64,000 nucleotides of DNA from Thermoplasmata archaeon (GTDB lineage Archaea; Thermoplasmatota; Thermoplasmata; Lutacidiplasmatales; UBA184), in the NCBI GenBank assembly GCA_021819135.1, contig JAKASE010000006.1:18165-82164 (forward strand). The letters are read 5' to 3'. A program made the translations under genes and the position numbers. This document shows positions 21,085 through 30,314 of this stretch, piece by piece. Below the pieces are notes generated by a model. It did not search any database, was not told where the DNA came from, and was given only the letters and a program-made list of their open reading frames with translations. Position 1 is the first letter of the stretch, and each line of letters starts with the position of its first letter.

Positions 21085-24000
21085 CTACTCGTCGTCCTCT
21101 TCGTCCTCGTCCGACTTCCGGGATCCCCGCTCGAGGCCGGATCGGCCCCGGGTGTGGGTCGTGCGGGGTCCGCGAGAGCGTCGGCGGTAGTAGAAGATGA
21201 TCAGCCCGAGCACGACCACCACCGCCACTCCGATGGCGACGTACTCCAGGAGCTGGGTCGTCGGGTTCGGGTTCACCGTGATGGAGACCTGCGCGACGTT
21301 CGCCTGGCCGAGATTACCGGAGAACTGGTTCGTCGCGGTGGCGTTCGCGTAGAGGTCGTAGTTCCCCGTGGTGCCGGGGGTCCAGCGGATCTGGGCCCGC
21401 AGCGTCTGATTGTAGGCGAGCGATGCGACCGTGCCGGTGTCGACGAGGGCGTTGGCCACCCCGCCCGACGTGTAGTTGTAGAACGTCACGCTACCGGGCG
21501 AACCGGCGATGATCGTACGGCTCGTGCCGCCGGGGCTGGTCAGGTAGAACGTCACCTGGACCCCGTTCGCGACCGCGACCTTGCCGCTCGCCGCCTTGGT
21601 CGTCACATTGACCCAGAAGGTGTAGGTCGTGCCCGCGTTGAGCTTCTGGGACCCCGTGCCGCTCGGGCCGGTCATGTTGGTCAGGGTCAGGATCGGCGTG
21701 AGCGTCGTGTTCGCCGTCACCGAGAGCGACTGGTTGAGCCAGCCGCGGTTACCGTTCATGTCGGTCACGGTCAGGTTGATCCAGTAGAGCGACGTCGAGG
21801 CCGAGAGCCAGGCCGTCGGGTTGGGGTTGGCGCTGGTCCGGTTGATCCCGATGTGCACCGAGGAGTTCGTCGGGTTCGTGATCCACCAGTAGTAGGCCAC
21901 GACCGAACCGTTCCCTGGGTCCGAGGACGCCGCCCCGTTCATGCGGACGAGCGCGGAGAGGTTCGACTGGGCGACCAGGGTCTTGCTCGAGCCGATCGTG
22001 CGGTAGTTCACGTCCAGGAGCGAGTAGCTCGCGGTCGGCTTCTGGGTGTCGTTGACGAGGATCACGAGCGTCGACTTCGCGGACTGGCCGGTCGAGGCCC
22101 AGACGGTCATCGTCAGGTTCGCCTGCCAGCCATGGAACGGCACCGAGGTGCCGTTCACGCGGCCCGCCGAGAGGTAGGTGCCGGCGCCGAAGAACTGGTA
22201 CGAGGCGTTCGAGAACGCGAGGTACGAGCTCCCGTGGGCGACCGAATAGTTCGCCACCGTCGTCGTGAACCCGCCCCAGTACGACAGGCTGTAGGAGGCG
22301 ACCGAGACGTTGCCCGGGATCGTGGCGGTGGGGCTGACCTTCGCCGAGCTCCGCGTGGCATTGAACTGCAGGACCGAGCTCCAGTTCACGTAGAGGTACG
22401 TCGTCCCGCCGGCCGTCCTCGTCTGGGCGGCCGTGGCGTTGATCGCCATCCCGGCGGTCACCGGCCCTTCACCGACCCAGACGTGGAAGTGCGTGGTGTT
22501 CACGAGCCCGCCCGAGCTGGTCACCGTGAGCGAGCCGTCGAGGGGGGTGGCCGCGCTGGCGGTGGTGTACGTGTGCCAGGCCGTGGGCGTGGAGTTGGTC
22601 CACGTACCGCCATCCCCGAACGCCCAGGCGAACTTCGTGCCGTTGTTGCCCGCAGGGTAGAGCGAGTTCAGGGCGCTCCAGGTGACGTTCTGGCCGACCC
22701 CGACCAGGACGGTGTAATTCCCGTTCGTCTGGTTGAGGACGTTGTGGCTCGAGAAGGCGAAGTTGGTGACGGTCGCGTTCACGACCGCCGTGAGGTGCGA
22801 GTACGTCACGATCTGGAAGGCGAAGCTCCCGGCCGCGGTCGCGCTGTAGTACGAGGAGAGCGTGAACTCGGTCCACGTCCCTCCGGTCCCCCGGGCGACC
22901 AGCTTCGTGTCGGAGGGGACCGCCGTGCCGGCCTTCAGGACGTAGCCGGCGGGGAGCAGGACCGTGTAGTTGTAGACGTCCCCGCTGGTCGTCGGGTGGC
23001 GGAAGTTGAATGCGAAGGAGTACGCCGAGCTGTTGCGGAAGAGCGTGCCGTTGAGCTTGTAGGCGTTCGACCACGTGAGGGTGAGGTTCGCCGCGGTCGA
23101 GAGGCCGCACGTGCCCGAACAGGTCGACGTGTAGCCCGAAAGCGACTGGGCCGTGTTCGGTCCGACGAACGTCGTCCCGTTGATCGCGGTGCCCGCCTGG
23201 ACGGCCGGGAAGAACGGGCCGGACCGGTTCTCGAACTGGTAGACGCTCGGAAGGCTCGTGCTCGAGAAGCTCAACGAGTGCGCGAAGTCGAGGCCGAGCT
23301 GGGCCCAGAGCTGACCGACGGTCGCGTTCGGGAGGTTCGGGAACGTCGTGTCGTTCCCGAGGTTCTCCACCGTCCGCACCGACAGGTTGCCCGTGCCGCT
23401 CGCGACGTTGACCCCGGAGAAGTCGAGGGTCGTCTCGTAGTCCCCGATCTGGTTCGGCTGGAGGGGCGCGAGGTTGACGTTCTGGCTCTTGGACTGGGAC
23501 GTCCCCGAGACCGAGAACGAGTAGGCGGAGGTCGAGTAGTTCGTCGACGAGAGGATCGCCTCGAACGTCTGCGAGCCCCCGGTAATGAACCCGGCAGGGT
23601 AGGTCCCGAGGGCGTAGAAGCCGCCCGGCGGGGTCGCGGCCGAGTAGATGTAGCCGTTGGTCGCATCGTAGAGCGTCACGTTGCCCGCCGTCTGGATCCG
23701 GGCGCCGCTCGGGGTCAGCATCAGACCCGAGACGAGGTAGTTCCGGATGATCGGGTTCACGGTGATCCCGGAGGGCGTCACCGTGACCTGGGTCTCGTTC
23801 CTCGCCTGGGGCGGGGCGCTGTGGGCCAGCGACTCGAGCACGTAGGTGCCGAGAGGGGCCTTGACCGAGTACTTCGCCGTCGAGCTGTTGGTGATGTTGC
23901 TGACCAGGACGAGGGAGTTATAGACCGGGTCGAGGAGCTGGACGACCCCGGCCGTATCGAGATTGGAGCCCTGGTAGACCGTCCCGCTGATCGTGGAGTT

Positions 24001-24459
24001 GTACACGGGCGTCGAGACGTTCGTGACCTCGACCGGGGCGCCGCCGCCGGTCAGGTCGCTCGTCGAGTAGAAGGCGAACGTCGGGCTCTGCTGCTGCGGA
24101 AGTACCGCGCACGGGGCGCAGTTCGGGAGGGAGATGTTCCCTTCGGGCGGGACGTAGACACCCCAGTACCCGGGAGCCAGTGTGCCCCCCGTGTTCGCTC
24201 CATTGAACGTGAACTCGCCGCCGCCCCCGTACGTCGTGGCCGTGTAGACCGCGCCGGTGGCCCGCGAGACCAGATCGACCTGTACGCCGTTCGGGACCGG
24301 CGCGCCCTGGTAGGGCGCCGGCTGGCTCACAAATCCGTTCAGCGTATAGGTCGGGGCAGCACTAGCGCCCCCGGGGATCGCCGCGATCGTGCTCGCGAGA
24401 ACGATCACCACGATGGCCCACAGGGCCGCGCGGTACACTGGGCGGGCCAACTGTTCCAC
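21085..24459 (-). CDS. large secreted surface (S-layer-like) glycoprotein with a C-terminal TM anchor
   Basis: 1124 aa with an N-terminal signal peptide (AALWAIVVIVLASTIAAIPGGASAAP). The body is rich in T/S/N/G/Y beta-type sequence with about 45 N-x-S/T sequons. It ends in a TM helix plus charged tail (IGVAVVVVLGLIIFYYRRRSRG...DEDEEDDE). GTG start, with AAGGAG 7 nt upstream. Confidence 0.8.
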   Translation of the reverse strand: MEQLARPVYRAALWAIVVIVLASTIAAIPGGASAAPTYTLNGFVSQPAPYQGAPVPNGVQVDLVSRATGAVYTATTYGGGGEFTFNGANTGGTLAPGYWGVYVPPEGNISLPNCAPCAVLPQQQSPTFAFYSTSDLTGGGAPVEVTNVSTPVYNSTISGTVYQGSNLDTAGVVQLLDPVYNSLVLVSNITNSSTAKYSVKAPLGTYVLESLAHSAPPQARNETQVTVTPSGITVNPIIRNYLVSGLMLTPSGARIQTAGNVTLYDATNGYIYSAATPPGGFYALGTYPAGFITGGSQTFEAILSSTNYSTSAYSFSVSGTSQSKSQNVNLAPLQPNQIGDYETTLDFSGVNVASGTGNLSVRTVENLGNDTTFPNLPNATVGQLWAQLGLDFAHSLSFSSTSLPSVYQFENRSGPFFPAVQAGTAINGTTFVGPNTAQSLSGYTSTCSGTCGLSTAANLTLTWSNAYKLNGTLFRNSSAYSFAFNFRHPTTSGDVYNYTVLLPAGYVLKAGTAVPSDTKLVARGTGGTWTEFTLSSYYSATAAGSFAFQIVTYSHLTAVVNATVTNFAFSSHNVLNQTNGNYTVLVGVGQNVTWSALNSLYPAGNNGTKFAWAFGDGGTWTNSTPTAWHTYTTASAATPLDGSLTVTSSGGLVNTTHFHVWVGEGPVTAGMAINATAAQTRTAGGTTYLYVNWSSVLQFNATRSSAKVSPTATIPGNVSVASYSLSYWGGFTTTVANYSVAHGSSYLAFSNASYQFFGAGTYLSAGRVNGTSVPFHGWQANLTMTVWASTGQSAKSTLVILVNDTQKPTASYSLLDVNYRTIGSSKTLVAQSNLSALVRMNGAASSDPGNGSVVAYYWWITNPTNSSVHIGINRTSANPNPTAWLSASTSLYWINLTVTDMNGNRGWLNQSLSVTANTTLTPILTLTNMTGPSGTGSQKLNAGTTYTFWVNVTTKAASGKVAVANGVQVTFYLTSPGGTSRTIIAGSPGSVTFYNYTSGGVANALVDTGTVASLAYNQTLRAQIRWTPGTTGNYDLYANATATNQFSGNLGQANVAQVSITVNPNPTTQLLEYVAIGVAVVVVLGLIIFYYRRRSRGPRTTHTRGRSGLERGSRKSDEDEEDDE

Positions 24460-24562
24460 TTCTCCTTTCGGTATCCCCCTATCGGGGGCGGCGCGCCGAA
24501 CTTTGCCTCACTACTTATAGCTTGCTTCGCCGGAGTATGGGCGGGCCGCTCCCGGGCGGACG

Positions 24563-26788
24563 TTAGCGGTAGATCGCCTCGACCGGCTCCTCGCGCCGCC
24601 GGGGAGAGCGCTCGCGGGAAAGGTGCTTTTCGAACTCCTCGTAGAACTTGAGGGTCTCGGGGTCGCACGAGGCACGGACCTGCTTGAACGCCGCATCGAA
24701 ATGCGCCCGGGTGACCTTCGAGGCCTTCAGGTTCTCGCGGATCGCGGTAAGGCCGGCCTCGCGGCAGAGCGCGGCGAGGTCGCTCCCGACGTACCCCTCC
24801 GCCCGGTGGGCGATCGTCGAGAGGTCGACGTCGTCCGCGAGCGGCATCTTCCGGCTGTGGACCTTCAGGATCTCGAGCCGGCCGAGGGGGTTCGGGGGCT
24901 CGACATAGAGGAGCCGGTCGAACCGCCCGGTCCGCAGGAGCGCCTCGTCGACGATGTCGGGGCGGTTCGTCGCGGCGATTACGAGCACGCGCTCGAGGCT
25001 CTCGAGCCCGTCGATCGACGTGAGGAGCTGGTTCACGATCCGCTCGGTCACGCCGCTCGAGGTCTGGAGGCCCCGGCGGGGGGCGATCGAGTCGATCTCG
25101 TCGATGAAGACGATCGACGGGGAGGCCTGCCGGGCCTTCTTGAAGATCATGCGGATCGCCTTCTCGCTCTCGCCGACCCACTTGCTCATCACCTCGGGTC
25201 CCTTGACCGAGATGAAGTTCGCCTGGCTCTCCGTCGCCGCGGCCTTGGCGAGGAGCGTCTTCCCCACCCCGGGCGGCCCGTAGAGGAGGATCCCCCGCGG
25301 CGGTTCGATCCCGATGTGGCGGTAGACCTGCGGGTTCTTGAACGGGAGCTCGACCGACTCCTCGAGGATGCGCCGGACCCGCTCGAGCCCGCCGACCTCG
25401 TCCCAGTGGGTCGTCGGGACCTCCACCGCGACGTCCCGCAGGCTCGACGGCTCGATTTGCTTCAGCGCCTCGCGGAAGTCCGCCTCGGTGACCTTCATCC
25501 GCTCGAGGAGCGAGAGGGGGATCGGCTGGTCGAAGTCGATCTCGGGGAGGTACCGGCGTAGCGCCCGCATCGCCGCCTCCCGGGCGAGCGAGGAGAGGTC
25601 CGCGCCGACGAACCCGTGGCTCTGCGCCGAGAGCTCCTTCAGGACGCGGTCGCGGTCCCGCTCGCTGCCCTCGATCGGCATCCCGCGGGTGTGGATCTGG
25701 AGGATCTCGAGGCGGCCCTCCTGCGTCGGCACTCCGATCTCGATCTCTCGGTCGAACCGGCCCGGACGGCGGAGGGCGGGATCGATCGCCTCCTCCCGGT
25801 TCGTGGCGGCGATGACGATGACGTTCCCGCGGCCGGAAAGGCCGTCCATGAGCGTGAGGAGCTGCGCGACGACCCGGCGCTCGACCTCGCCGACCACCTC
25901 GTCGCGGCGGGGAGCGATCGAATCGAGCTCGTCGATGAAGATGACGCTCGGCGCGTTCTTCTCGGCCTCCTCGAACTTCTCGCGGAGCTCTTTCTCGCTC
26001 TCGCCGTAGTACTTCGAGATGATCTCGGGCCCCTGGATGCCGATGAAGTGGGCACCGGCCTCGTTCGCCACCGCCTTCGCGATGAGCGTCTTGCCCGTAC
26101 CGGGCGGGCCGTACAGCAGCACCCCCTTCGGCGGTGTGATCGCGAGCCGGTCGAACAGCTCCGGATGCTTCAGCGGGAGCTCGATCATCTCGCGGACCCG
26201 GCCGAGCTTCTCGGTGAGCCCCCCGATGTCCTCGTAGGAGACGCGCGGCGCGGCGACCTCGGTCTCGCTGACCGTCTCCTCCTTGATCGTGATCAGGGTC
26301 GAGGGAGCGACCTGGACGATCCCTTTCGGCTGGGTCGAGACGACCATGAACGGCAGCGAACCGCCCATCAGGAAGACCCCCGGGATCACGAACACGTCGC
26401 CGCGGATGAACGGTCGACGCGCGAGCGCCTTCGCGACGAAGCTCTCGAGCCCGGGGCCGAGGTCCATGCGCGCCGAACCGGCGTAGATCGGCGCGATCGT
26501 GATCGCGTCCGCGGTCGGGCAGTCGACCCGCTGCACGACGATCCGGTCGCCGATGCTCACGCCGGCGTTCCGGCGGACGACCGCCTCGATCCGGATCATC
26601 CCCTTCCCCTCGTCGTCCGGCTGGGCCCGGCTGACGATCGCCGGGGTCGGCTTGCGACCGCGGATCTCGATGATGTCCCCCAGACCGACCTTGAGTCGCT
26701 GCCGGGTCTGGACGTCCAGCCGGGCGGTCCCGAGCCCGATGTCCTGCTGGAACGCCTCCGCGACCCGGAGCGTGAACGCCTCGGTCAT
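24563..26788 (-). CDS. cdc48: Cdc48/VCP-like AAA+ ATPase
   Basis: Cdc48 N-domain plus two AAA modules ([17 protein letters not shown] and [17 protein letters not shown]). The likely start is MTEAFTLRV at 26788; the track ORF extends a further 19 codons upstream. Confidence 0.93.
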   Translation of the reverse strand: MTEAFTLRVAEAFQQDIGLGTARLDVQTRQRLKVGLGDIIEIRGRKPTPAIVSRAQPDDEGKGMIRIEAVVRRNAGVSIGDRIVVQRVDCPTADAITIAPIYAGSARMDLGPGLESFVAKALARRPFIRGDVFVIPGVFLMGGSLPFMVVSTQPKGIVQVAPSTLITIKEETVSETEVAAPRVSYEDIGGLTEKLGRVREMIELPLKHPELFDRLAITPPKGVLLYGPPGTGKTLIAKAVANEAGAHFIGIQGPEIISKYYGESEKELREKFEEAEKNAPSVIFIDELDSIAPRRDEVVGEVERRVVAQLLTLMDGLSGRGNVIVIAATNREEAIDPALRRPGRFDREIEIGVPTQEGRLEILQIHTRGMPIEGSERDRDRVLKELSAQSHGFVGADLSSLAREAAMRALRRYLPEIDFDQPIPLSLLERMKVTEADFREALKQIEPSSLRDVAVEVPTTHWDEVGGLERVRRILEESVELPFKNPQVYRHIGIEPPRGILLYGPPGVGKTLLAKAAATESQANFISVKGPEVMSKWVGESEKAIRMIFKKARQASPSIVFIDEIDSIAPRRGLQTSSGVTERIVNQLLTSIDGLESLERVLVIAATNRPDIVDEALLRTGRFDRLLYVEPPNPLGRLEILKVHSRKMPLADDVDLSTIAHRAEGYVGSDLAALCREAGLTAIRENLKASKVTRAHFDAAFKQVRASCDPETLKFYEEFEKHLSRERSPRRREEPVEAIYR

Positions 26789-26822
26789 CGGCGGAGATCG
26801 AACCCCGGGGCGCGGTAAAAGG

Positions 26823-27686
26823 TTACCCGTCCTCGGGACGAACACCGCCCGGCAGGTCCGACAGGCCCGCGCGGTCCCCTCCCCCGATATCGAGCGTTCG
26901 CTGGCTCCGCTCGCGCGCGGCGGCCCCGAGGTCGGGCACCGGCTCGCCGAGAACGGCCGCGAGCTCCGCCGTCGTGCCGGGCCCGAACCCCATGAAGTGG
27001 TTGTTCGAGTAGGCGAAGACGCTCGTCGCGGCTCGCCCTTCCCGGTCGAAGAGCGCGCGCATCTTCTCGAGCTCGTCGCGGCCGCTCCGCTGGATCCGGT
27101 CGAAGCGGGTTAGCGCGCGGTCGCCGATGAACCGGGCATACAGGAAGTCCGCCGTGACCCACGGGGGCGGGTAGGTGGAGGGGACGACCGACCAGACGAG
27201 GGCGGCCCCCCGGCCCTCGAGGAGCCGGCGGGTCCCCTCCGTCCACCAGGAGCCGTGGCGGAGCTCGACCGCGAGCGAGACCTCGGGGGGAATCGCGGCG
27301 AGTAGGGCCTCGAGCCGGGGGGCTTCGGTCGCGCGGAACGAGGCGGGGAACTGGAGCACGATCGGCCCGAGCTTGCCGGTCGAACGCAGCGGGGAGAGGC
27401 TCTCGAGGAATCGGGCTAGGACCTCCGTCCCGTCGGTCCCCCGGTCCGGGTGGGTGACGTTGCGGGGGACCTTGAGCGAGAAGCGGAACCCTTCGGGGGT
27501 GATGCTCGCCCAGCGGCGGACGAGGAATGGGGTCGGCGGCCGGTAGAAACTCGAGTCGACCTCGACGGTACGGAAGACCCGGGCGTACCGCGCGAGGAAC
27601 TCTCCGGCCGGCGTGCCGGCCGGGTAGAACGGCCCGACCCAGTCGTCGTAGGCCCATCCGGAGCAGCCGAGCCAGTAGCGGCCCAC
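26823..27686 (-). CDS. DUF72 (UPF0759) family protein
   Basis: VGRYWLGCSGWAYDDWVGPFYP is the DUF72 N-terminal signature. The likely start is the GTG at 27686. Confidence 0.75.
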   Translation of the reverse strand: MGRYWLGCSGWAYDDWVGPFYPAGTPAGEFLARYARVFRTVEVDSSFYRPPTPFLVRRWASITPEGFRFSLKVPRNVTHPDRGTDGTEVLARFLESLSPLRSTGKLGPIVLQFPASFRATEAPRLEALLAAIPPEVSLAVELRHGSWWTEGTRRLLEGRGAALVWSVVPSTYPPPWVTADFLYARFIGDRALTRFDRIQRSGRDELEKMRALFDREGRAATSVFAYSNNHFMGFGPGTTAELAAVLGEPVPDLGAAARERSQRTLDIGGGDRAGLSDLPGGVRPEDG

Positions 27687-27784
27687 GGTAGGGAGGATGC
27701 CGGTCGGGTTATTCGCCTTCCGAGGGCCGGTCCCCGCGCGCCGCAGGAACGGAACCGAGATATCCCTCCCGCCCGCTCGGCCCG

Positions 27785-28702
27785 GTGATGAGCCGGGTCG
27801 CCCCACCCTCTTCGGTCCTCGGACGTCTCCTCGAGGCCGCCGGATACCGGGTGGACGTGCGGGAGGAGGCGATCCTCGCTCACCGCCCGCGCGACCATCG
27901 GGCGGTCGTCATCGTCGGCAGCGCGCGCTCGCCGGCCGAGATCGAGTCGTGGTACCCGACGGACGCCGTGCATCGCACCATCGTCTACGACGACGACCCC
28001 GGTCCGGTGGCCCGGGCGCTCGCCGCCGACCGGGGGATCGAGGTCCTCGACCCGACCACCCTGGGACCCGCGCTCGCCGAGCTCCTGCTCCCTTCGGCGC
28101 TCGACCGGCCCGGTCCCTCGGAGCTCGGGGCTGCCGAACCGCTCCTCGAGCCGCCGTACGCGACCGAGTTCGGGGACGCGCGGACCGTACGGCCCCGGAT
28201 CGGCCGCGCGGAGGCGGAGGCGATCGCCGGGATCGACGCGCCGCGCTACCTCCTCCGTCTCGTCCCGTTCTATGTGGCCGCCTACCACGTGCGGCCGCCG
28301 TCCGCTCACGGAGCGCCCGGCCGGGTCATCCGTCAGATCGTCGCGGTGAACGGGCTCTCCCGCCGGGCGGAGGTCTGGACCGACCTCGACCGCGAGCTCG
28401 TCGAGGATCTCGACGAGCCGCATCAGCGGTTCGTCCCCCAGGTCACCGAGGGCGAGGCGGTGTCGCTCGCCCGGGAGGCGATCCGCCGGGAGCACACGAT
28501 CCATGTGGACCACACCGAGCAGCACGGGGGCGCGCTCGTCATCGAGTCCCGTCGGATCGCTCCCCCGATCGAGGACGTGCGGATCGGGCCGTTCGTCCTC
28601 CTGTTCGTCCCGTACTGGTACGCGGAAGGGGACGACGGACGGGTGGTCCTGGACGCGGTCACCGGTCGTCGGGTCACCAGCGCCGAGGCGGGGTCCCCGT
28701 AG
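27785..28702 (+). CDS. hypothetical protein (305 aa)
   Basis: Third-position GC is very high across the ORF and the amino-acid mix is non-repetitive (V/I/E/D/Y/F/H), unlike the antisense 845-aa ORF. It lies in a divergent intergenic position opposite DUF72. I recognise no family. Confidence 0.5.
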   Translation: MMSRVAPPSSVLGRLLEAAGYRVDVREEAILAHRPRDHRAVVIVGSARSPAEIESWYPTDAVHRTIVYDDDPGPVARALAADRGIEVLDPTTLGPALAELLLPSALDRPGPSELGAAEPLLEPPYATEFGDARTVRPRIGRAEAEAIAGIDAPRYLLRLVPFYVAAYHVRPPSAHGAPGRVIRQIVAVNGLSRRAEVWTDLDRELVEDLDEPHQRFVPQVTEGEAVSLAREAIRREHTIHVDHTEQHGGALVIESRRIAPPIEDVRIGPFVLLFVPYWYAEGDDGRVVLDAVTGRRVTSAEAGSP

Positions 28703-28753
28703 GGGCGCGGGACGTCGGCGCACAGTAAATACTCGGGGCCGCTCGCGCCGGTC

Positions 28754-29365
28754 GTGCTGCTCGACCAGTTCCGCGTCGGCCCGCTGCTCAACTTCACCTA
28801 CCTCGTGGCGGACGCCGAAGGGGGGGAGGGCGCGGTGATCGATCCGTCGTTCGGGATCGAGCCGGTGCTCGAGGCGATCGACCGACGGCGGGTGAAGGTG
28901 CGGTACATCCTGAACACGCACAGCCACCCGGACCATGTCGCCGGCAACCAGGACGTTCGGGACCGAACCGGCGCGAAGGTCGTGGCCCATCGGGTGGCTC
29001 CCCTGCGCCAGGACCTCTCGGTCGAGGACGGGGACCGGTTCGACACCGGCCGGCTCCGGTTCACCGTGATGCACACGCCCGGCCACACGAAGGACAGCGT
29101 GCTGTACCTCTTCGAGGGTCACGTCGCCACCGGCGACACGCTGTTCGTCGGGGAGTGCGGTCGGACCGACCTTCCCGGCGGGGACCCGTCCGAAATGTAC
29201 GACAGCCTCCACCGGCGGCTCCTCTCGCTCGACGACGCGCTGGTCGTCCTGCCGGGCCACGACTACGGCCCGACCCCGTCCTCGACCATCGGGCGCGAGC
29301 GCGCGGAGAACTACACCCTGAAGCCCCGGACGCGCGAGGAATTCCTCCGCTTCCTGGCCGAGTGA
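28754..29365 (+). CDS. MBL-fold metallo-hydrolase (glyoxalase II-like)
   Basis: Carries the TxHxHPDH motif (NTHSHPDHVAGN) and downstream His/Asp ligands (HTPGHT, GDTLF, LPGHDYG). Confidence 0.85.
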   Translation: MLLDQFRVGPLLNFTYLVADAEGGEGAVIDPSFGIEPVLEAIDRRRVKVRYILNTHSHPDHVAGNQDVRDRTGAKVVAHRVAPLRQDLSVEDGDRFDTGRLRFTVMHTPGHTKDSVLYLFEGHVATGDTLFVGECGRTDLPGGDPSEMYDSLHRRLLSLDDALVVLPGHDYGPTPSSTIGRERAENYTLKPRTREEFLRFLAE

Positions 29366-29382
29366 CCCCGGGGTCCCGTCCG

Positions 29383-29961
29383 ATGCCTCCTCCTCTCCCT
29401 CCTCCCGAGGAGCGTTCGCTGCGCGTGGTGGGCGCCCGCCGGCGCACCCCCGGCGTGCCCAGCCGGGAGACGGTCGTGCGGACGCTTCGAGAGATCGCGG
29501 AAGGGTCGCCCGCTCTCGTGGCGGTCTTCGACGCGCGCGCGATCGCGGGCGAGCGCCACCTCCTCTCGGCGTGGGCCCACCTCGGAAGAGCCCGCGCCCG
29601 CGGAGAGACCCGACTGCGGGACCGCGGCGCCGAGCTCGCGCTCTACGTGGCCGGCGACGACCAGCTTCCCCGGGCCCTCGGCAAGGTCGGGATCGGCGAC
29701 GCGACCGAGCAGTTCGTCGTGGTCGCCGAAAGGCCCCTCGACCCGGCCGAGCTCCTCCCCCGGTTCGGACTGGAGGCCGACGCGTCGGCGTACCCGAGAT
29801 CCCCGGACGAGGCGGCCCTCGACCGGCTCGGGATCTCGACCATCGAACGGGCGACCGTCCCCCGGGACCGATGGGAGGCGCTCGTCCTGGAGCGTGTCGC
29901 GATGCTGGACCTCTCGGCGCCGGCCGGCCGCGCCACCGGCGCCTCCGCCCCAAAGGGTTAA
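29383..29961 (+). CDS. cgi121: KEOPS complex subunit Cgi121
   Basis: ERHLLSAWAHLGRARARG...YVAGDDQLPRALGKVGIGD...EALVLERVAMLDL matches archaeal Cgi121. The ATG is at 29383. Confidence 0.7.
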   Translation: MPPPLPPPEERSLRVVGARRRTPGVPSRETVVRTLREIAEGSPALVAVFDARAIAGERHLLSAWAHLGRARARGETRLRDRGAELALYVAGDDQLPRALGKVGIGDATEQFVVVAERPLDPAELLPRFGLEADASAYPRSPDEAALDRLGISTIERATVPRDRWEALVLERVAMLDLSAPAGRATGASAPKG

Positions 29962-29963
29962 TC
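29957..29963 (+). promoter_or_regulatory. TATA-like box (GTTAATC) about 41 nt upstream of tRNA-Gly
   Basis: The same TTAATCCCGC motif recurs upstream of sdhA at 42257-42266. Confidence 0.4.
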
Positions 29964-30003
29964 CCGCGGCACGGGTGCGCGACCGATCGCGGACGGCGGT
30001 CGT

Positions 30004-30105
30004 GCAGGTGTAATCTAGTGGTAGGATGTCAGCCCTCCAAGCTGACTACCCGGGTTCGAATCGGCCGGACCGGTCCGGTCGGCCGCGAAGCTCCCGGCAC
30101 CTGCA
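30004..30105 (+). tRNA. tRNA-Gly (anticodon TCC) with a 31-nt insertion/intron after the T-loop (about 30062-30092)
   Basis: A clean cloverleaf can be folded by hand. Acceptor GCAGGTG/CACCTGC; D-arm ATCT-AGTGGTA-GGAT; anticodon arm TCAGC-CCTCCAA-GCTGA; T-arm CCGGG-TTCGAAT-[31 nt]-CCCGG; discriminator A; no encoded CCA. Position 33 is C rather than U. Confidence 0.7.
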
Positions 30106-30165
30106 TCCCACCGTCCGCGGAGCCTCGGGCGAGGCTTTATTCCGCTCGGGACCGCTCGGGCCCCC

Positions 30166-30248
30166 GCGCTGAGGTAGCCTAGCCCGGCAAGGCGCCAGCC
30201 TTGAAAGCTGGTGGCGTTCCGCCACGGGAGTTCAAATCTCCCCCTCAG
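30166..30248 (+). tRNA. tRNA-Ser (anticodon TGA) with a long variable arm
   Basis: Acceptor GCTGAGG/CCTCAGC; anticodon arm CCAGC-CTTGAAA-GCTGG; 14-nt variable arm (GGCG/CGCC stem); T-arm GGGAG-TTCAAAT-CTCCC. Confidence 0.85.
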
Positions 30249-30314
30249 CGCTCCGGGCGTTGCATCGCCCCTTCGCTACGTCTTATATCGGCAACTCCGG
30301 TCGGCCGGCGGCGC

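Noticed and set aside
21154-24651. 1165-aa + ORF antisense to the surface glycoprotein gene
   Set aside because: Its translation is Arg/Gly/Asp/Val-rich with no domains. The minus-strand gene has a signal peptide, sequons and a TM anchor.
27416-29953. 845-aa minus-strand ORF spanning the hypothetical, MBL and cgi121 region
   Set aside because: It has an extreme R/G/P/A composition. The + strand has three separate ORFs with good third-position GC and recognisable MBL and Cgi121 families.
30201-30314. Track start of the mutS ORF at 30201
   Set aside because: It lies inside tRNA-Ser (30166-30248). The conserved MutS N-terminus begins at the ATG at 30315.
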